NCBI GenBank assembly: GCA_963772725.1
Contig: CAVYYI010000003.1
Coordinates: forward strand, 800,001-864,000
Length of the DNA: 64,000 bases
DNA from: an uncultured Phycisphaerales bacterium
GTDB taxonomy: Bacteria; Planctomycetota; Phycisphaerae; Sedimentisphaerales; Anaerobacaceae
Direction: 5' to 3'
Below, one piece after another: positions 22,801 to 38,544 of the stretch; positions within the stretch are counted from its first letter, which is position 1, and each line of letters begins with the position of its first letter. The notes under the pieces are model-generated. The model saw nothing but the letters and a program-made list of their open reading frames with translations, was not told the origin of the DNA and made no database searches. A program made the translations under genes and the position numbers.

Positions 22801-25800
22801 GGTCGAGCGCGCAAACGCGGGTTGGAATATATGATAAGACCGGCCAACTGACTAAATAACTGACTATCAGACTCCATGGCTTGCAACTGGTGCAGCATAA
22901 CTTGACTGTGCGTCCAAGCCATTTCGAATACACGATCCGCCAAGTGGTGGTCATAATACTTGTCTAAAAGCAACAGGGCTTTTGAACGGTCTTGCCCAAC
23001 TCCCCAGATAGCATCCAGTGTAACGGATTGTCCCGGCCCAAGATGTATGCGACGCCGGACAGACATTACAGGATCCAGTACCGCACCGCAGGTGCCAGAC
23101 AGCGCACCTGGATTTTTCATGGCGGCAGCGTCAGCCGCTGTTCTGCATCTCCCTATAAAACGTGAACGGTCTGTCTCAAATGAAACCTCCTCAGATGGAA
23201 CAATATCATGAACGACCATCCCATGAAAGAATATGGGCCAGGATTCTTCGGGTGATTTGGGCCGCCGAATACAAAGAATTGCCGCCTTTTCCGGTACGAT
23301 TTCCGTCTGCACAAACAACCCGTGAAATGCGGGCTGTTCACATGCATCGATACCATTGAGAAGTACGACTTCTGCATAACTGGTAATTTCAAAATTTCGG
23401 CTGTGACCAGCAAGATTTGTAATCAACAAACGTCGCAATTCTATATCGTCTTCGGAAGAAACCGCTGCCCTCATCTGCACTTTTACTTTATTTCGTATAG
23501 ATTGAAACTCAACGGCGCCTTGAAAGAATGTGGCTTCATAATGGTCAAATTGTTGACATGTCGGCTGGGCAGTTACTGACCATGTGTCGCCTGTGTCGAT
23601 ATCGCTGAGGTATAAAAAAGTTCCCCAATGGTCCCGCGTAATGTCTTCCTGCCATCGCGTCAAAGACAGATTTTCCCATCGGCTGGAACCACTTCCTGCC
23701 GAGGTAATAAGAACATGGTAGCGGCCATTGGAAAGCAGATGCACATCGGGCACTGGCGAATCTGCTCGTGTGAATGAACGTGAAGCGATCTGAGCCGGTT
23801 CTGCCTGGCCGACAGTTTCAGGTTTCTCCGAAGCTATTCCAATTTTTGTTCTGACCTCGGTGACAGGTATTCGCTCCTGCAGCAACAATAAGAAAGCACT
23901 AATCCGCGGATCGCTCAAGAATCGCCGCTGCATAGGTTCACCCATGAGAGAATTGTCCATGGCAAGCAGACTCATCCCGCTATGATGGGCCATATAAGTT
24001 CGGACAATGGCAAAATTTCTTCTCTGCGGTACTCTGCTGCGAGTGTAATCGATAGCCTCATAAAAACCGTAGCGGCCGACGAACCCTTCATTGGCCATCT
24101 CTTGAAGATTTTGACAAGCGGTGAAAGGCTCAACCATTAGTGCCAGAGCCGCTGCGTATGGCGCTACCACAAGGTCGTCCTTCAATCCTCGTTTGAGACC
24201 AAGACCAGCGACGCCAAAGCCTCGATATTGATACACTTTCTGAACATCAATCTGATTGAAGCATGATTCTGAAAATCCCCACGGCGTACCATGGCTTAAT
24301 CCGTAATTTATCTGACGACGCACAGCTTCCCGACAGGATTCATAGAGCAGTGTCGCTTCATAAGTAGGCATCATTAATAACGGCATCAAATATTCAAACA
24401 TCGAGCCGCTCCAGGATACTAATACGTTAGCCTTGTCGCCGGGAACTAACTGACGCCCCAGACAAAACCAATGGTCCATAGGCAGTTGTCCCGTGGCCAC
24501 ACCCAGAAAGCTGCTAAGTCTGGCCTCTGAAGCCAACAGGTCATAGAAGCCTGGGTCTCGCTGGTGTGTGTCGCGATTGTAGCCGATCGACATTAATCTG
24601 GATGAAACATCATATAAAAAGCTCATGTCGATTTCAGACAATTCGCGACATTGATTCTGAAGATTTTCTAAGGCCGTTATGCGTTGAGTAGCTCGTGTTG
24701 CAGAAAGCTTAAGAATATTACAAGCTAAAGAAGATTCATAATTATTATCAGATTGTTCCGGCATTTCCGGCACATTGTTCATCAGAGTGCTAATCTTCAA
24801 ATTAGCCAAATCATGCAGGCAAGGAATCCTATCTGCAAAGGGCAATTTCTGTTGAGTTCTATGGACATCCCTGTCTAAATCGAGCCACGGCGCCAGATAA
24901 ATCAGGTCATTTCGCAGGTCTTCACACTGATTTCGCAATGCTTGAAACCAGAAATCCGGTTCACTGCTCGTACTGACAAGACTTTCAACCTCAGATAAAG
25001 CCGAAGCAAACAGGGTTAAGACTCGATATGTCCCCGACAAAGTGTCAGCTGCAAACCCAAGAGACTTAATCTGTTCGGCGGCTGTTTTTTGTAAGCGCCG
25101 AATACCGTTTGCATCCATCCCCTGCGGCGGATTTTTCAACGCCATACGTAGTTCATCCAGCAGGAGTTGAGCAGTATCTTCCAGCCCATTTCGCCATCCT
25201 TCTGGGAGGATAGGATGATAGACCAATTCCGCAAAACCAGCTCCGAGAGTTATCAGCGATCCTGATAAATTGCCGCTATCGGCGGTAGAAATATAACGGG
25301 GATGAAATGATTGAAGCGTTCGGGTGTCATACCAATTGTAGAAGTGTCCGTGATATCGGGGCAGTTCTTCCATTGTTTTAAATGTTAGGTCAGAGCGATC
25401 CATAAGCGTCTTTGCTGAGATATAGCCAAAGTCGCAGGCAGCCAAATTGCTAAGAAGAGCCATACCGATGTTTGTAGGTGAAGTTCGGTAAGCCTCACCG
25501 ATAAATGGGTCCTCCTGAAAATTATCCGGCGGCAGCCAGTGGTTTTCAGGCCCGACTAAATGTTCAAAAAATGCCCATGTACGCCGAGCTATTTTTCTAA
25601 GAAACAATTTCTGTTCATCGTTAAATTTTTGCTTTGAGGGTAAAATAGGTAAGCTAAACCACCAAACGATAACCGGTGAAGCAAACCAACCTGTTAGCAA
25701 AATAAAGATAGTCCCAACTGTCATATATCCGCTTGGAGGCTCGGACAGATATTGCCCCAAGTTTAAATTGTATGCAATTGGCGTAAATCTCGCTGCGACA

Positions 25801-28712
25801 AGCAGGGCTGCTATAAGTATGGCACTGGCGGGTGCGATCCACATAGTTCCAAAGATTCCCATCAGGTTATTTAAGACTTTTCCATCAGCGTCTGAGGCTG
25901 TCTGCCATTCAAGCAGATGCCGGTGGCTAATCATGAGTCGCCAAGTGGTCAACAGTATGGCTTTCAAATAAATTAAGGCGTTAAACGGTACAAGCAGCAA
26001 ATCGAGAAAGTCTATAGCCCAGAGACGCAATTCCTTTTGGACAGCGTGTGATATATGTGTGGACCAGTTCAAATACTTTGATTTGCCCGCTATTGCCTGT
26101 AGTGACTTCAACAGGTTAGGCAGAAAAAAGATTGCCACAAGCATCACTGTCCAGTTTATCGCGGAATCGGATATTCCAAACCATCCCAAGAGGAAAGCGA
26201 CTAACAAGGCTAATGGCACAAGCGTTCTCCTGAGGTTATCTATAATCATCCATTTGGCCAGCGAGTTGAGAGGGTTACGACAGAGTTTACCTTGCGGATC
26301 CGGCACCGTAGGCAAAAGCCATCTCGCAATCTGCCAATCCCCTCTCGCCCATCGAAATCTCCGGCTGACATCCGCTAAATACCGGCGGGGATGTTCTTCA
26401 AGTAATTCCATATCGTTTAAAAAACCGCATCTGGCATAACAGCCTTCAATCATATCATGGCTAAGAATCCGGTTTTCCGGAAAGCAGTTGCCGACAGTGG
26501 CATCAAACGCCTTGACGTCGTAAATACCTTTTCCCACAAATTGTGCTTGGCCAAACAAATCCTGGTACACATTTGAGACCTCACGAGTGTAAGGGTCAAG
26601 ACCAACGTCACCCGCAAATAACCGAACGAAAAGAGATTGCTGAGAATTGGGAAGACTTGTCGCCAATCTCGGTTGTAACATACCATAACCTTTATCTACA
26701 CAGCGGCGCTTCACATCAATCAGGGGACGGTTTAACGGATGTCCTATAGTTCCAGCCATCTTCCATGCAGATTGCGGAGGTAAAGCAGTGTCCGCATCGA
26801 GAACAATGACGTATTGGACATTACGTAAGCCCTGAATGTCACCTTCAATTACTGAGAATGGGTCAGTGATACCTTCCTCCACAAGTTGATTAAACTGTAT
26901 AAGCTTGCCGCGTTTGCGTTCATACCCCATCCAGCATTTTTCTTCAGGATTCCACAGGCGAGGCCGATGAAGAATATAGAAAACCGTCTGATTATCGGCA
27001 GTATATTTCAAGTTCAGCCTGCGGATGCCAACCAATGCCGCATCCAGCAACGCTTGATCTTCTGGCATAGTTTCTTCCGAAGCATCGGTGAAATCGGTAA
27101 GAAGAGCCATTACCATATTGGGACTTTTGTTGGCCAAATACCGGACTTCCAATTGCTCTAACAGTTTTTCTACGGTCCTAAGTGTAGATAAAAATGTAGG
27201 AACAACAACAGCAGTCCGGTGATCGGGAGGAATACCTTTGGAAAAATCCAGCTTAAGCATGGTTTGCGGAGGCAGTAAAATTGTTATAATCCAGTTGATT
27301 ATCGAAATAGCCGACCTTGAAATCACCAGTCCAACAGTAATAACCGCAAATAATAGCCACATCCAGTGTGGCCCAAAACCAACAACCCGGAATACACCGG
27401 CAGTAGCCAGGCATGTCAAAACTCCGAAAGATAACAGGTACACCAGCAATGCGTGCCGTTTTAAACTACGGCATAGTCGCCACCATAAACTCAACCTGCA
27501 GTGAATTCGCGACTCCAGTTCTGACCTGCCTTCATCGGTGAGAAAGTAGCTTACGGTCCTCTGACGATTTTCGGCATCTGGAGTGCGTGTTCGCTCTTGA
27601 GCCATGTTAATCGCAGCCTCGGCTACGGCTTCTTCTTCCATACCGCTAAACTTTGAAAGTTCTTCTACCTGATGACGGCAAATGTCACGGGAGCGGAAAT
27701 CCATTTGAGTATGAATATTTAGAGGGTCGCGACGCAAGATCGCTTCAACTCCACTGAGCGACTCAACAAAATCTTTCCAATCTATCGTGCTAAGCTTTCT
27801 TAAACTAGTGATGCTGTTGCCTATAGACGCGTTGTCGGCTGCCTGGTCATGACTTTCAGCCTGCTGAATTAATTCAAGAGTCTGCCCGTGTTCTGCCAGT
27901 TCCTGCTCGACCCAATTGATTACCAATCCCAGCGACTGGTGCCTGCCCTGCAGATCCGAAGTCAGTTCCGCCAGAAAGGGAGCAGACATAGGCGGATTAG
28001 AACGCACAAAATCAGACAGAACTGTAATTAAGGATTTCGGCTCCTTTTGAATTATCTCAATAAAACGCCCAGACCATTCCAGTGCCCAACTTCGATGTTG
28101 TCTCCGCCATGCTATGCGGTATGATACACGTCGCAGATTCTCAACAAGAGCCAGACCTATCATCAAAGGCATCGCCCACAGTTCCCCAAGTTTCAGCAGA
28201 CGAACAGACTGGTATGCCCGAAGAAAATTCGAGATATTCTCGATATCAACTCGTCCGTCTGTATGTGATACTAACTCCAATGCCAGATCGTACACGCGAG
28301 GAAATCCTTTTCTATGACCTGCCCCTAAGCGAGGAAGTTTCTGGCTATATTGGGGGGGGAAATTCAGGCGTATATGGTTTATCTGCTCCTCAATAAGGTA
28401 GTAATTGTCCAGCAGCCATTCCGCGCCTGCCGACAACGGACGACCTCTCCGAACGGCATTGGCAACGTCTTCGTATGATTTCCGAATGATCTCTTCATTT
28501 TCATCCAGCCGATGCAGCAGCAATTCCGAACTTGGCCGAAAATCCAAAATTTGTGTCGCGGCCAATGACCGCGCATGACTTTCCCGTTGGGTGCTGCTGA
28601 ACAATTCTTCACGAAGAGGGGGTTCTACATCATTCATCCCTTCGAACCGCGGAATCCCTTGGATGAGGGACATAAACCCTATCCATTGCTTGAGGTTTTG
28701 AAAAAAACGCAT
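19900..28712 (-). CDS. Cyclic beta-1,2-glucan synthase (Cgs/NdvB-type, GT84 plus GH94), ~2900 aa, frameshifts near 21.9-22.2 kb
   Basis: EWLLDNYY, WMGYERKRGKL, LSHDMIEG, PPDNFQE, YDLLASEARL, YQSGGAFGFRDQLQD, GDWNDG, RENGGQYTH, WYTGSAGW. Confidence 0.95.
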
Positions 28713-29125
28713 TTATAACATCCCTTAACGGTTGTTCCGCATCATCGTGGTCGGCAAAGTGCTTTCATACGAGACGTTGAAACACCCCCATAAAATATAA
28801 TCTTGTAAATTTTACTGCAAAAAATTGTACGAATTATTTTTCAATAACCACGGTTAATTCGAGAATTAATTTTTGTGGTCGAAAAACCTTCTATAAGCCC
28901 TCGTTTTCAAAAACTTTAGAAATATAGACGGTATATGCCTCAAACATACGACCTTCTACATACCAGCCCCATTTTATTGCACCAGTCATAGTAAGATTTT
29001 AGCTTATCCATATGACCAACGTCAATCATAATTTTTCTCTGATGACAGCTATTTTTACCTCTTTCGTACAACATTGAATTAATCATAGCTTATTGCTCTT
29101 GTCCCCTATATATAAAAAAGTTAAA

Positions 29126-29260
29126 TTATTTTTCAGGAACGACTATATACTTTCTGCTATTTTCAATAACTCTGTCTGTTTGTGCAGAAACATCCTGCAC
29201 ATACCTTGTTGCCATTTGTAAATCTGCATGGCCAAGAAGCCTTTGAACAGCAAGCCGGGC
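29126..29260 (-). pseudogene. Tyrosine recombinase C-terminal remnant
   Basis: VQRLLGHADLQMATRY (box II His and Tyr). Confidence 0.85.
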
Positions 29261-29438
29261 CAGTTGACCGCTAATCCTCACTTCCGTAATCATCGTCGTG
29301 GTAGCAGGTAACTTCATCTACGGGTTTCCACCCGTAGAATTGCGACAGAATATTAAAAGCGACATTTGTCATTACGTCTTCTTTAATGAATTGGAACTTT
29401 ACCGAAAAATCAATCACACGGATGATGAAGTCCCTCGT

Positions 29439-29497
29439 TAATTGACAAGGCGTAATAATTGGAGTGCCTTTTCGACACGCAGGAGGTCATAGGTTCG
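29439..29497 (+). repeat. att-like copy 2: conserved flank plus tRNA-Val segment
   Basis: taattgacaag...ataattggagtgccttttcgacacgcaggaggtcataggttcg. Confidence 0.9.
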
Positions 29498-29705
29498 CGT
29501 ATCAAGCAGGTCTTCGGATACGAGAAAAAAACGAGTAATCGCATTGAGAGCAAAGAGGTTATATGCAGACATACCCTGTTTCCCACGCCGCAGGTTTATA
29601 CCGCACAAAAATAAATTGCCACTTGTTTGAATACCTTATATGATACAAGTGAAGACATAAATGTTATATTAAATTGTAAATCGCAAATTTTGTGTCGAAC
29701 AGGAT

Positions 29706-30776
29706 TTGGACAATGTCCAACTCGCGCTGAACCATTATAATACGACTATGAACAATAGGATTTCACAACCTGTGCTGGTGACGGGCGCCAGTGGTTTCAT
29801 CGGGTTGCACCTAGTGCGACGGCTGATCGAGCTTGGCTATCAGGTGTCATGTCTTGTGCGAGCCACCTCGTGCATCGACAAACTGAGGTCGACCGGCGCT
29901 CAGTTGGTCACTGGGGATGTGACCGATTGTGCCAGCATTGTACGGGCACTATCCTTGTCACAGGCCAGAATCGTATTCCATCTGGCCGGGCTGACGAAGG
30001 CGATGCGTAAAGACGATTTCATGCGTGTGAATGCAGGAGGTGTCGAATCCGTCACTGCCGCTTGTGCTGACCGTACTAACAAACCTGTATTGGTAGTGGT
30101 TTCCTCTTTGGCCGCAGCAGGGCCTTGCGTCGGTAGCCAGCCTTGGGTAGAAAGCGATACTCCGGCACCTGTTTCAGCTTACGGTTGCAGCAAGCTGGCC
30201 GGAGAACAGGCCGCAGCCAAGTATGCCGGACTTATGCCTATCAGTATCGTACGTCCGCCGATAGTCTTTGGCCCCGGTGACAGGAGCATGCTTAAAATAT
30301 TCCGTCCGATCGCACGCTGGGATATACACACCGTACCAGGTAGAGGTGAGCGACGCTTCTCGCTAATACACGTAGCAGACTTGGTCGAGGGTCTGCTCCT
30401 TGTAGCCGAGAAGGGCGAGCATCTACAACACAACGGATCGCCTGGGCAAGGCATCTACTTCATTGCAGTGGATGGCTATCCGACATATACCGAACTCGGA
30501 CAGGCAATAGCAATGGCATTGGGAAAGAAGCGCGAAACTGTGTTACACATACCTGAGCCACTAGTGAAATTGGCCGGGCTCTGCGGTGACGCGATGGGTC
30601 GGATCCGACGGCATCCCTGTTGGGTAAATAGTGACAAAATCACCGAAGCTTTGGCAGGGTCGTGGACATGCTCATCGGCCAAGGTACGCACACATCTGGG
30701 TTGGTCGCCTGCGGCTGCTTTGGCTAAACGTCTGCAAGAAACGGCCCAATGGTATCGCCATATAGAATGGCTCTGA
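29706..30776 (+). CDS. NAD-dependent epimerase/dehydratase (extended SDR), candidate 3-oxo-ceramide or ketosphinganine reductase; start may be 29748
   Basis: VTGASGFIG, SSLAAAGP, YGCSK, RPPIVFGP. Confidence 0.88.
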   Translation: MDNVQLALNHYNTTMNNRISQPVLVTGASGFIGLHLVRRLIELGYQVSCLVRATSCIDKLRSTGAQLVTGDVTDCASIVRALSLSQARIVFHLAGLTKAMRKDDFMRVNAGGVESVTAACADRTNKPVLVVVSSLAAAGPCVGSQPWVESDTPAPVSAYGCSKLAGEQAAAKYAGLMPISIVRPPIVFGPGDRSMLKIFRPIARWDIHTVPGRGERRFSLIHVADLVEGLLLVAEKGEHLQHNGSPGQGIYFIAVDGYPTYTELGQAIAMALGKKRETVLHIPEPLVKLAGLCGDAMGRIRRHPCWVNSDKITEALAGSWTCSSAKVRTHLGWSPAAALAKRLQETAQWYRHIEWL

Positions 30777-30792
30777 TTTCGTGTGACCGATA

Positions 30793-31920
30793 TTAGAGTG
30801 TTGTGTCGTAAATCCGGTAGGTCTTAGTTCTCTTCGTACCAGCGCGTTCAAGGGTGCCGCGTGAACGGCTATTGCTCTCGAGCACCCACGATAATTCCCA
30901 ACGCTGGATGCCCCACTTCTTCGCCGGTCCCGTCAGGTTGTCGATCAACACCACACTCATTCCTGCATCTTGGTAGCCTGGCACCATCGTCATCGCCATG
31001 GCGCGAACCGTAGTGATTTTCCGTCGTCCGGTCATTAGTCGTATGAAGCCGAACGGAAACAATCTGCCGTTGAGCTTTTTTAAAATCTGGTTGTAGTCGA
31101 GCAGAGCAAATACCGCGCCTATCGGCCGGCCGTCGATCTCGGCAAACGCAGTGAACTGTGGCACGATAAAATGCTGAAGTTCGCTGGCGATATGGCGTGC
31201 CTCTCGCGGCTGCAAAGGTGTGAAGCCCCATGTGCCATCCAGCGAGCGATTGTAGATATCAATATATGCCTCTATTTCCTTCTGGATTCTGGAAGGATTG
31301 ATCGACCGGATCACCAAATCGGGTCGGTTAAGCATCGACAGTACTGCCGGCTTGTAGCGATCAACCAGTATCTGCAACAGTTTCATATCCATTTCATAGG
31401 CATACATGTCCTGTGCCTTGACGAACCCGCAGGCTTCCAGCAGTGCCGCATAATAAGACCGATTGTAGGTCATCAGGAAGCAAGGGGAGCAATCGAAACC
31501 ATCGACGAGCAACCCACATGTATAATTGAGAGACGGATTTGTCGGCCCACGCATTGCCGTCATCCCTCGCTGACGCAGCCAATCCTGACCGGCTTCGAAT
31601 AATTTTTGGGCAACAACCACATCGTCGACACACTCGAAGAATCCGAAGAACCCTCGCCTTTCGTTATACTTTAGGTTGTGAACATGGTTGATCAATACAG
31701 CCAGCCGTCCGACTGCCTGGCCATCGCGTTCTGCCAGCAGCGTCACTATCTGGGCATTGTCGAAGAAAGGGTGATGCCCCCAACCCAGCAGTTGTCGCTC
31801 CTGCGTAAGGATAGGCGGTACCCAGTTGTGGTCATCAGTGTAGATGGACCAAGGAAGGCGCTGAAAACGCCGACGATCTCGCCACGATGCCACCGGCCTG
31901 ACTACAACTTGATTACTCAT
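30793..31920 (-). CDS. YghO-like tandem GNAT protein, candidate bacterial ceramide synthase
   Basis: WVPP, HPFF, GFFGFFEC, MRGP, CGLLVDGF, TYNRSYY, WGFTP, ELSWVLESN, KTYRIY. Confidence 0.82.
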   Translation of the reverse strand: MSNQVVVRPVASWRDRRRFQRLPWSIYTDDHNWVPPILTQERQLLGWGHHPFFDNAQIVTLLAERDGQAVGRLAVLINHVHNLKYNERRGFFGFFECVDDVVVAQKLFEAGQDWLRQRGMTAMRGPTNPSLNYTCGLLVDGFDCSPCFLMTYNRSYYAALLEACGFVKAQDMYAYEMDMKLLQILVDRYKPAVLSMLNRPDLVIRSINPSRIQKEIEAYIDIYNRSLDGTWGFTPLQPREARHIASELQHFIVPQFTAFAEIDGRPIGAVFALLDYNQILKKLNGRLFPFGFIRLMTGRRKITTVRAMAMTMVPGYQDAGMSVVLIDNLTGPAKKWGIQRWELSWVLESNSRSRGTLERAGTKRTKTYRIYDTTL

Positions 31921-32133
31921 TAATTTCTATCCATATTTCGCGGTGATTACACTTATTTATTTTTGCCACAGGTACGCTTACTTTGACACGTTGTAAGCAC
32001 ACAACATCATATTGCCTTAGCTCTTTTGTGGACACAGTCTACTGCTAAATTCCAGTCAGAAAATCTTTTTTGAACAAACTCCGTCACCCGTGTTCTACAT
32101 CTTTCGTAGGTCGGAATTAGTTTTTGTATTTCT

Positions 32134-35523
<3,390 letters not shown>

Positions 35524-35656
35524 ATTTACTTTCTACAGCCATTATCATTGTTATTCACTGCCGCCTTGGTATAGTGGACAACATAATTCATTTCTTATAT
35601 ATTAAAATTTCTTAACCATTATTTGCTCAAATTGTTTTGGCAGCAAGCCTTCACCT

Positions 35657-36087
35657 TGATCTGCCCCATTTTTCTGTACCAGTTGTCATGAGAGTATTCC
35701 ATACTCACTTTACTCCGCATTGGGGCTGACGGAGCGTAGCGGAGTCAGGCCCAATGCACGTCGCCGCATAAGTCGCTGGCGTCATATATCCCAAGGCTGC
35801 TATGCGGCGGATAATGATTATAATCCATTCGCCACCTATCCACAACATATCTCAGCTCCTCCATACTTGTTTCGCCAGCGATAATATGTCTGCCCGGTAA
35901 CACCTATCTCCCGACATACCTCATGGACTGTCTTGCCCTGACCAATCAATACATCTGCCTGCCGTAATTTACCCACAATCTCTATGCCACTGTACTTGTT
36001 TTTCATGAAAGTAATCTCCTAAAATAATAATATTATTTTTCGGTTATACTCTCATTCAAACTGGATTAGATTTTGGGGAGCAGACCA
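35657..36087 (-). mobile_element. Internally deleted IS3-family element (~430 bp)
   Basis: IRs TGatctgccccatttttctgtaccagtt / TGgtctgctccccaaaatctaatccagtt; minus strand has OrfA start MKNKYSGIEIVGKLRQAD...YYRWRNKYGG joined to OrfB tail WRMDYNHYPPHSSLG. Confidence 0.85.
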
Positions 36088-36090
36088 CTA

Positions 36091-37743
36091 TTAATTGACG
36101 GCTTTTCGGATTGCCGCACAAAGCTTCTCTGTAGCGGAGCTTTTGGTAATGTAATCGACGGCACCGGCATTTCTCATGCTCCGAGCTACCGCCTCATCTT
36201 CGTGTATTGAAAGGCCTACTATCTTCATATCGGGCATGCAGGCGATAATTTCTTTTGCGGCCTCAATGCCGTTCATTCTCGGCATATTTATATCCATCAA
36301 AATAACATCAGGCCTCAGCCGTCTTGCCTTTTCCACTGCTTCGATACCATCTACAGCTTCGCCTATAACTTCCATATCCAGTTCATGCAGGAGCAGTTCC
36401 CTCAGTCCCTTTCGAAGAATTGCATGGTCGTCAACCAAAAGCAGGCGAATTTTGCCGTCAGATTCATCAGCAGCTTGGCGAGAAACAACTGCGGCAGGTT
36501 TAACCCTGCCGGCTTTTAGCTTTTCAGACTTGGCCCATATAACAGGGACTTCGATAGTAATTTTCGAACCTTTCTGCGGCGCTGAATCAATAGAAAATTT
36601 TCCTTTGAGCATTTCGAGGCGGTTTCGAATATTGAACAGACCGAATCTTTCAGCTTTTTCATCATACTCATTTTTTTTCGCATCAAAACCTTTGCCATCG
36701 TCCTGAATAACCATGCGAATGTATTGATTCTCAATCTTACTGAGACTTAATTTCGCACGCAACTGGCCGCTGTGTTTAACCGTGTTAAAGAGCAATTCTT
36801 TTGCGACGCCAAACAGAAGCAGACTGATATCTTCAGGGATGGATTCGTACAGTGAGTTATCGAACTCTACTTGCAGATCATAATTTTTTCGCATTTGACC
36901 GAAGAGCCATTCGAGAGCGGCCGGCAGACCCGATTCATAAAGGACCGGCGGACTAAGTTCAACGGTTAGCGTTCTTGATGATTCGAGAGACTGTTTGAGA
37001 AATTCATCGATTTCCTGCAGCGATTTTTTCCGGGAAGGATCTTTTTCAGTGCGAATAATTGCCTGGAGATTAAATTTGGCACCGGCGATTAGCTGCTGGA
37101 GATGGTCATGAAGCATCTGAGCAAGACGTCTTCTTTCCCGCTGTTCCGTTTGAGTAAGTTCAATGGCAAGAGCACGGAGCTGTTCATTTGCTTTTTCAAA
37201 AGATAGTGTCCTTTCTTTGACTCTCTTCTCAAGATTTTCATTAAGTTCTTTTAACCGCATATCGATTTGCTTGCGTTTCGTGATATCGCGGATATTGCAT
37301 TGGATTACTCTTTCGTGATCGACACGATATACATTGCTTACGAATTCCACATCCATATGGCGTCCGTCTTTTGTTTCGAGCGGCAGGTCTTCGTAGCGAA
37401 CATAACCTTTAGTTTGCAATTTCAGAAAAGCTTTTTTCGACGCTGCAATATTTTTGAAAATACCAATCTCCCAGAGCTTCTTATCTAAAAACTCTTTGCG
37501 TGAGTAGCCTAACATTTCAATTAGGAATGGGTTAACATCGACTATCTGTCCTGTGTCCACTTCCAGAATTAGTATCCCATCACGGGCTGCCTCAAAGAGC
37601 CTGCGATAACGGTGTTCCGAAGCCAGCAATGCCTGCTCGAAAGCCAGTTTTTTAGGCTGGACTGCTTTAACTAAGGTCTCCGTTTCCTTGCCAAACCTCT
37701 CGCTCATACTTCTACCTCCAAAACCTTTCGGCCTACGTACCAT
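36091..37743 (-). CDS. Hybrid PAS - HisKA_3 histidine kinase - NarL-type receiver
   Basis: PAS; ERRRLAQMLHDHLQQ; QDDGKGFD; LVDDHAILR, DVILMDINMP. Confidence 0.92.
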   Translation of the reverse strand: MVRRPKGFGGRSMSERFGKETETLVKAVQPKKLAFEQALLASEHRYRRLFEAARDGILILEVDTGQIVDVNPFLIEMLGYSRKEFLDKKLWEIGIFKNIAASKKAFLKLQTKGYVRYEDLPLETKDGRHMDVEFVSNVYRVDHERVIQCNIRDITKRKQIDMRLKELNENLEKRVKERTLSFEKANEQLRALAIELTQTEQRERRRLAQMLHDHLQQLIAGAKFNLQAIIRTEKDPSRKKSLQEIDEFLKQSLESSRTLTVELSPPVLYESGLPAALEWLFGQMRKNYDLQVEFDNSLYESIPEDISLLLFGVAKELLFNTVKHSGQLRAKLSLSKIENQYIRMVIQDDGKGFDAKKNEYDEKAERFGLFNIRNRLEMLKGKFSIDSAPQKGSKITIEVPVIWAKSEKLKAGRVKPAAVVSRQAADESDGKIRLLLVDDHAILRKGLRELLLHELDMEVIGEAVDGIEAVEKARRLRPDVILMDINMPRMNGIEAAKEIIACMPDMKIVGLSIHEDEAVARSMRNAGAVDYITKSSATEKLCAAIRKAVN

Positions 37744-37813
37744 AATTTAACAATATCTTATTTGTGTTTAGAATCCACCTAACTGGTGGTTCTTTACTCT
37801 TTCATAATTGGTG

Positions 37814-38215
37814 CTATTTCCACAGGTCATCCAGACCATCAGAAGACCGTAACCAGTTTGTAGCCTGCTCGAAATCGACAAAAGCTGATATCTTAAATCC
37901 GCTGATATTTGCACACATTTCCAAGAAGACCGCCTTGTTGAACTGTTCATCGTCTCTGGCCAGAACAGCAATTTTGTTTCGAAACGCCGACCTGTGTTTT
38001 TCCAGTTCAAGAACTATTTCCCACATGTCATTATGGTCCATGTTGCCATAGGCTTCCCGCACATCCAGCAATAGTTCATAATCGTCGGTACAATTGACCA
38101 TTTTTACAATTTGGCCAAGCCCTATTTTGCTTTGCTCCAAATCCAACTCTCCAGTGGGTTTAGCCCTTATAAAATCTTTGGCATGGATTATCTTATAGTT
38201 TATTTGCATTTTCAT
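37814..38215 (-). CDS. Hypothetical protein (SpoIIAA/STAS-SEC14-like)
   Basis: LLLDVRE...KIAVL...AFVDFEQATNWL pattern. Confidence 0.6.
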   Translation of the reverse strand: MKMQINYKIIHAKDFIRAKPTGELDLEQSKIGLGQIVKMVNCTDDYELLLDVREAYGNMDHNDMWEIVLELEKHRSAFRNKIAVLARDDEQFNKAVFLEMCANISGFKISAFVDFEQATNWLRSSDGLDDLWK

Positions 38216-38244
38216 TTATTCCAAATAATACCCTATGTGCTGTC

Positions 38245-38493
38245 CTATACGATTAGGTCATCAAGAAGGTGGTCAAGAGCAACGTTCAATCGCTCATCAA
38301 TGTCGTATGTGCCTTCGGCAAGCTGTTGCCGAACCTCAAGAATTTTCTTCTTACGAACCAGCGGCAGTAAATGATTTTTCGCTGGAGCGGTTATTCTCCC
38401 TCGAGCCTTGTTGCCGAAACCCCAATCCAAATAGACATCTGTGTTCTCATCCATTACAGTCGACTCATTATTTTGTTGACTTAAATCTGACAT
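38245..38493 (-). CDS. FlgM-like anti-sigma domain protein
   Basis: VRKKKILEVRQQLAEGTYDID. Confidence 0.6.
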   Translation of the reverse strand: MSDLSQQNNESTVMDENTDVYLDWGFGNKARGRITAPAKNHLLPLVRKKKILEVRQQLAEGTYDIDERLNVALDHLLDDLIV

Positions 38494-38544
38494 TTTAGAC
38501 TCATTTATACCTATATAAATTCACCAAAACTGATTTTAGACATC

